Under the pieces are notes generated by a model. It had not been told where the DNA came from. It searched no databases and saw nothing but the letters and a program-made list of their open reading frames with translations. Source: the human T2T-CHM13v2.0 reference genome, Homo sapiens. Taken from it: a stretch of DNA of 64,000 nucleotides. Within the stretch, counting starts at the first letter, position 1. Each line of letters begins with the position of its first letter. This document shows positions 57,901-64,000 of this stretch, in pieces. The translations under genes and the position numbers were made by a program. The stretch lies in assembly GCF_009914755.1 (NCBI RefSeq), contig NC_060937.1; one strand, 5' to 3'.

Positions 57901-59300
57901 AAGAGATATATAAACTGGAAGTAAAGGAATGGAAAAAGATAATCCATGCAAATGGAAACCAAAAGCAAGCAGGAATAGCTATACTTTTATCAGATAAAAC
58001 TTTAGGTCAAAAACAGTTAAAAGGACAAAGATAGTCATTATATAATAATAAAGGGATAAATTCTTCAAGAAGTTAAAACACTCCTAAACATATATGCACC
58101 CAAACACTGGAGTACCTACACATATAAAGCAAACATTATTACAGCTAAAGAGAGAGAGAGACTCCAAAACAATAATAGCTGGAACCTTCAACACCCTACT
58201 CTCAGCAATACCTAGATGGAAAATTGAAAAGAACACTGGATTTAAAATGTACATTTGATGAAATAGACTTTAGAAATTTACCCAATATTTCATCCAATAG
58301 CTACAAAATACACATTCTTCTTACCAGCAGATGGAATATTCTCCAGGATACACCATATGTTGGGACACAAAAACAAGTCTCAATAAATTTTTAGAAATTG
58401 AAATCATATCAAGTATTTTCTCACACCACAATGGAATAAAACTACAAATCAATAACAAGAGAAACTTTGGAAGCAATACAAACACATGGAAATTAAACAA
58501 CATGCTCCTGAATTACTGGGTCAAGGAAGAAATGAAGGAGGAAATAAAAAATGTCTTGAAACAAATGAACATGTAAACACAACATACTAAAACCTGTGGG
58601 ATATAGCAAAAGCAGTGCCAATAAAGAAGTGTGTAGCAGTAAGCTCTTATATCAAAAAGGAGAAAGATTCAAATAAACAATTTAATGATGCATCTCAAGG
58701 AAATAGAAAAGCAAGAACAAACCCAAAATTAGCAGAAAAAAATAAATAAGATCAGAGCAGAACTAAATGAAATTGATACTAAAGAAAAAATACAAAGGAT
58801 CAACAAAATGAAAAGTTTGTTTTTTGAAAAGATAAACCACTTGATAGACTAACCATGACAGAGAAGACCTCCAAAAAAGTCAGAAATGAAGAAGCACACT
58901 GATATCATATAAACAAAAAAGATCATCAGAGACTATTATAGAAAACTATACACTAACAAACTGGAAACCTTGGAGGAAATGGATAAATTCCTGGACATAT
59001 ACAACACACCAAGACTGAATTAGGAAGAAACAGAAAACCTGAACAAACCAATAATGAGTAATAAGATTCAATCAGTAATAAAAAGTCTCCCAACAAAGAA
59101 GAGTCCAGGACTAGATGGCTTTACTACCTAATTCTACCAAACTTTCAAAAAAGAACACAAATTCTCCTCAAATTATTCCCAAAAAAATGAAGAGGAGAGA
59201 ATTCTTCCTAACTCACATTCTATGAAACCAGCATTACCCGGATACCAAAACCAGACGAGGACACAACAATAAAGGAAAACCACAGGCCAATATTCCTGAT

Positions 59301-59654
59301 TGTATTAGTCTGTTTTCATGCTGCTGATAAAGGCATACCCGAGACCGGGTAATTTAAACAGGAAAAAGGGTTCAAAGGACTTACAGTTCCATATGACTGG
59401 GGAGGCCTCACAATCACGGTGGGAGGCATGGAGGAACAAGTCACATCTTATATGGATGGCAGCAAGCAAAAAGAGAGCTTGCTCAGGGAAACTCTCCCTT
59501 ATAGAGCCATCAGATCTCATAAGACTTATTCACTATCATGAGAACAGCATGGAAAGACCTGCCCCCATGATTCAATTACCTCCCACTGGGTCCCTCCCAC
59601 AACACGTGGGAATTCAAGATGAAATTTGGGTGGGGACACAGCCAAACCATATCA
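59301..59654 (-). mobile_element. THE1 solo LTR (MaLR)
   Basis: TGTATTAGTC...CCAAACCATATCA; perfect TSD CTGAT. Confidence 0.93.
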
Positions 59655-61186
59655 CTGATGAACACAGATGCACAAATTCTCAACAAAATACTAGTAAGCC
59701 AAATCCAAAAGCATATCAAAAATATAATACACCATGATCAAGTGGGATTTACCCCAGAGATGCAAGGATAGTTCAACATACACAAATCAATAAATGTGAT
59801 ACATCACATCAATAGAAGAAAAAAAAACCATATCCTCTTAATAGATGCAGAAAAAGAATCTGATTAAATTCAACATTCATTCATGATTAAAAACTCTAAA
59901 CAAACTAGACACCAAAGGAATATACCTTAGCATAATATAAAGGCCAGAAATGACAAACACACAGCTAACATCATACGCACTGTGGAAAAGCTGAGTTCTA
60001 AGAACTGCAACAAGACAAGGATGCCCACTTTCACCACTCCTATTCAATGTGGTACTGGAAGTCCTAACCAGAGCAATCAGGCAAGAAAAACAAATGCATC
60101 CAAATTGGAAAAGAGGAAGTTAAACTGTCCCTCTTTGCACACAACATGATTGTATATCTAGAAAAACCAAGGACTCCACCAGAAAATTCTTAGAACTGAT
60201 AAATTCAATAAAGTTGCAGGATATAAAATCAGCACACAAAAATCAGTAGTGTTTCTATACACAAATAATGAAATAGCCAAAAAAGAAATCAAAAGGGTAA
60301 TCCCATTTACAGTAGCTGCAAAAAATACTTAGGAATTAATTTAACCAAGGAGGTAAAAGATCTGTACAAGAAAAAATTGAAAAAGACAGAAATAAATGGA
60401 AAAACATCCCATGCTCATGGTTCAGATAAATATTAAAATGATGATACTGCCCAAAGCAATCTATAGATTCAATGCAATCTCTATTAAGATATCATCATTT
60501 TTCAGAGATAGAAAAAAAATCCTAAAATTCGTATGGAACCAAACAAGAACCTGAATATCCAAAGCCAAAACTGGATGCATCACACCACCTGATTTGAAAA
60601 TATAGTTACAGTAACCAAAACAGCATGGTATTGATATAAAGACAGACACACAGACCAATGGAAGAGAACAGAGAATCCAGAAATAAATTCATGTATTTAT
60701 AGCCAATTGATTTTTGATAAAGGTGCCAAGAACATACATTTGGGAAAGGACACCCTCTTGAATACATGGTTCTGGGAAAATCTGATATCGATATGCAGAA
60801 TAATGAAGCTAGACCACCATCACTTACCATGTACAGAAATCAACTCAAGATGGATTAAAGACTTAAACATACCCCAAAGTATAAAACTACTAGAAGAAAA
60901 CATAAGGCAAACACTTTTGGACATTGGTCTAATAGGTAAAGATTTTATGGCTAAGACCTCAAAAACACAGACAACAGAAGTAAAAATAGACAAATGGGAA
61001 AAACCTTCTGCACAGCAAAGGAAAAAAAATCAACAGAGTGAAGAGCAAGCCTGTTCGATGGGAGAAAATATTTGCAAACTATTGCTACAGGGGCTAATAT
61101 TAAGAATATACAAGGAAGTTGAACAACTCAACAATAAAATAAACAATCTTATTTTTAAAAGAGCAAAATATCTGAATTTCTCATAA

Positions 61187-62288
<1,102 letters not shown>

Positions 62289-63567
62289 AGAAATTATACA
62301 GATGGCAAACAAGTATATAATGTTCAACATCACTAATTATTAGATAAATGTAAATAAAAGTGACACGGAATATCATTTTACCCCAGTTAGAATGGCTATC
62401 ATTAAAAAGATAAAAGAATAGCAGGTGTTGGTGAGGATGTGGAAAAAAGGAACTCTTATAGATAGTTGCTGGGAATGTAAACTAGTATAACCACAATGGA
62501 AAACACTATGGAGATTCCTCAAAAATCTAAAAACTGAACTACCATCCAATCCAGCAATCCCATTATGAGGTATTTTTTGAAAGGAAAAGAAACCAACATC
62601 TCAAAGAGATACCTGCACTTGCCTGTTTATTATAGCACTATTCACGATAGCAAACATATATAATCAACGTTAAGTGTCTATCAACAGATGAATGGATAAA
62701 GAATATGTGGTATATATTCACAATGGAGTATTATTTGGCCACAGAAAAGAATGAAATGTCATTTGCAGCAACATGGAGGAAACTGGAGGTCACTGTGTTA
62801 AGTGAAATAAGCCAGATACAGAAAGACCAATATCCTGTGTTCTCACTCGTAAGTGGGAAATAAAAATATTGACCTCATGGAGTTAGAGTAGAATGATAGA
62901 TACCAGAGGCTGGGAAGGGCATGCTGGTGGGAGGGGTTGATGAAGAGAGGTTAGTCAATAGGTACAAACAGTTATCTATACAGTTAGATAGAAGGTATAA
63001 ATTCTACTATTCAATAGCAAAGTAGGGTGACTATAGTTAGCAGCAATATATTACATAATTCAAAGTAGCTAGAAAAAAAGACTTAAAATGTTCCCAACAC
63101 ATAGAAATGATAAATACTGCTAGTGACGGATACCCCAAATACACTGATTTCATCATTACACACCTTACATACATAAGAAAATATCACATGAATCTCATAA
63201 ATATGTAAAATATTGTGTATCAATTTAAAAAACCAAAAAACTATTTTCTTATGATCATGTAAATAATACATACCCATGGTTAAAAGTTTGGAATTCACAG
63301 AAGAACATGATGAAAAAAATTAAAACTACCCATTAAACCACATCACCCATTAATGCCTTAAATTTTGATATATTTCCTTCTGATCTTCTGCCCATATTTT
63401 TACATGACATAATTCTATATTTTTTACTTAACAGAATCATTATCTTAAGTCATATTTATAAACATAATTTTCATGTCAATAATACTCGATTGTGTGAATG
63501 TAAAATTTATAACGCTTCTCTGTTAGATAACTAGTTTCTACTTTGTTTTCAAAATATGTAGTGATAA

Positions 63568-63979
<412 letters not shown>

Positions 63980-64000
63980 CCCACGCGCACCCCCAACTTT

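Overview
Great-ape/human-type genomic DNA from inside the UGGT2 gene (UDP-glucose:glycoprotein glucosyltransferase 2), transcribed on the minus strand. Eight internal coding exons (45861-45980 down to 22267-22361) have canonical AG/GT boundaries and compatible phases. They splice into an open 960-nt, 320-aa reading frame (WINDLENDD...NALKHM); the neighbouring exons lie outside the window. Most of the rest is interspersed repeat: nested LINE-1s of many ages, an SVA, a solo LTR12, THE1/MLT/MER4 LTRs, Tigger/Charlie DNA-transposon fossils, about a dozen Alus and microsatellites. Nearly all ORF-track entries are L1, Alu, SVA or LTR fragments. I found no support for a new gene system. The most unusual signals are genome-dynamics events: an SVA with a 3' transduction 120 bp from an exon; a twin-primed young L1 with a 14-nt transduced tag inserted in an older full-length L1; a two-template complex insertion; a probable L1-L1 gene-conversion tract; an intact L1 ORF0 pointing in the UGGT2 direction; and a GTAG/GTAAG tandem splice donor predicting an NMD isoform. 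Repeat subfamily names come from recalled consensus features, not from a RepeatMasker run. Edges of old repeats are approximate.
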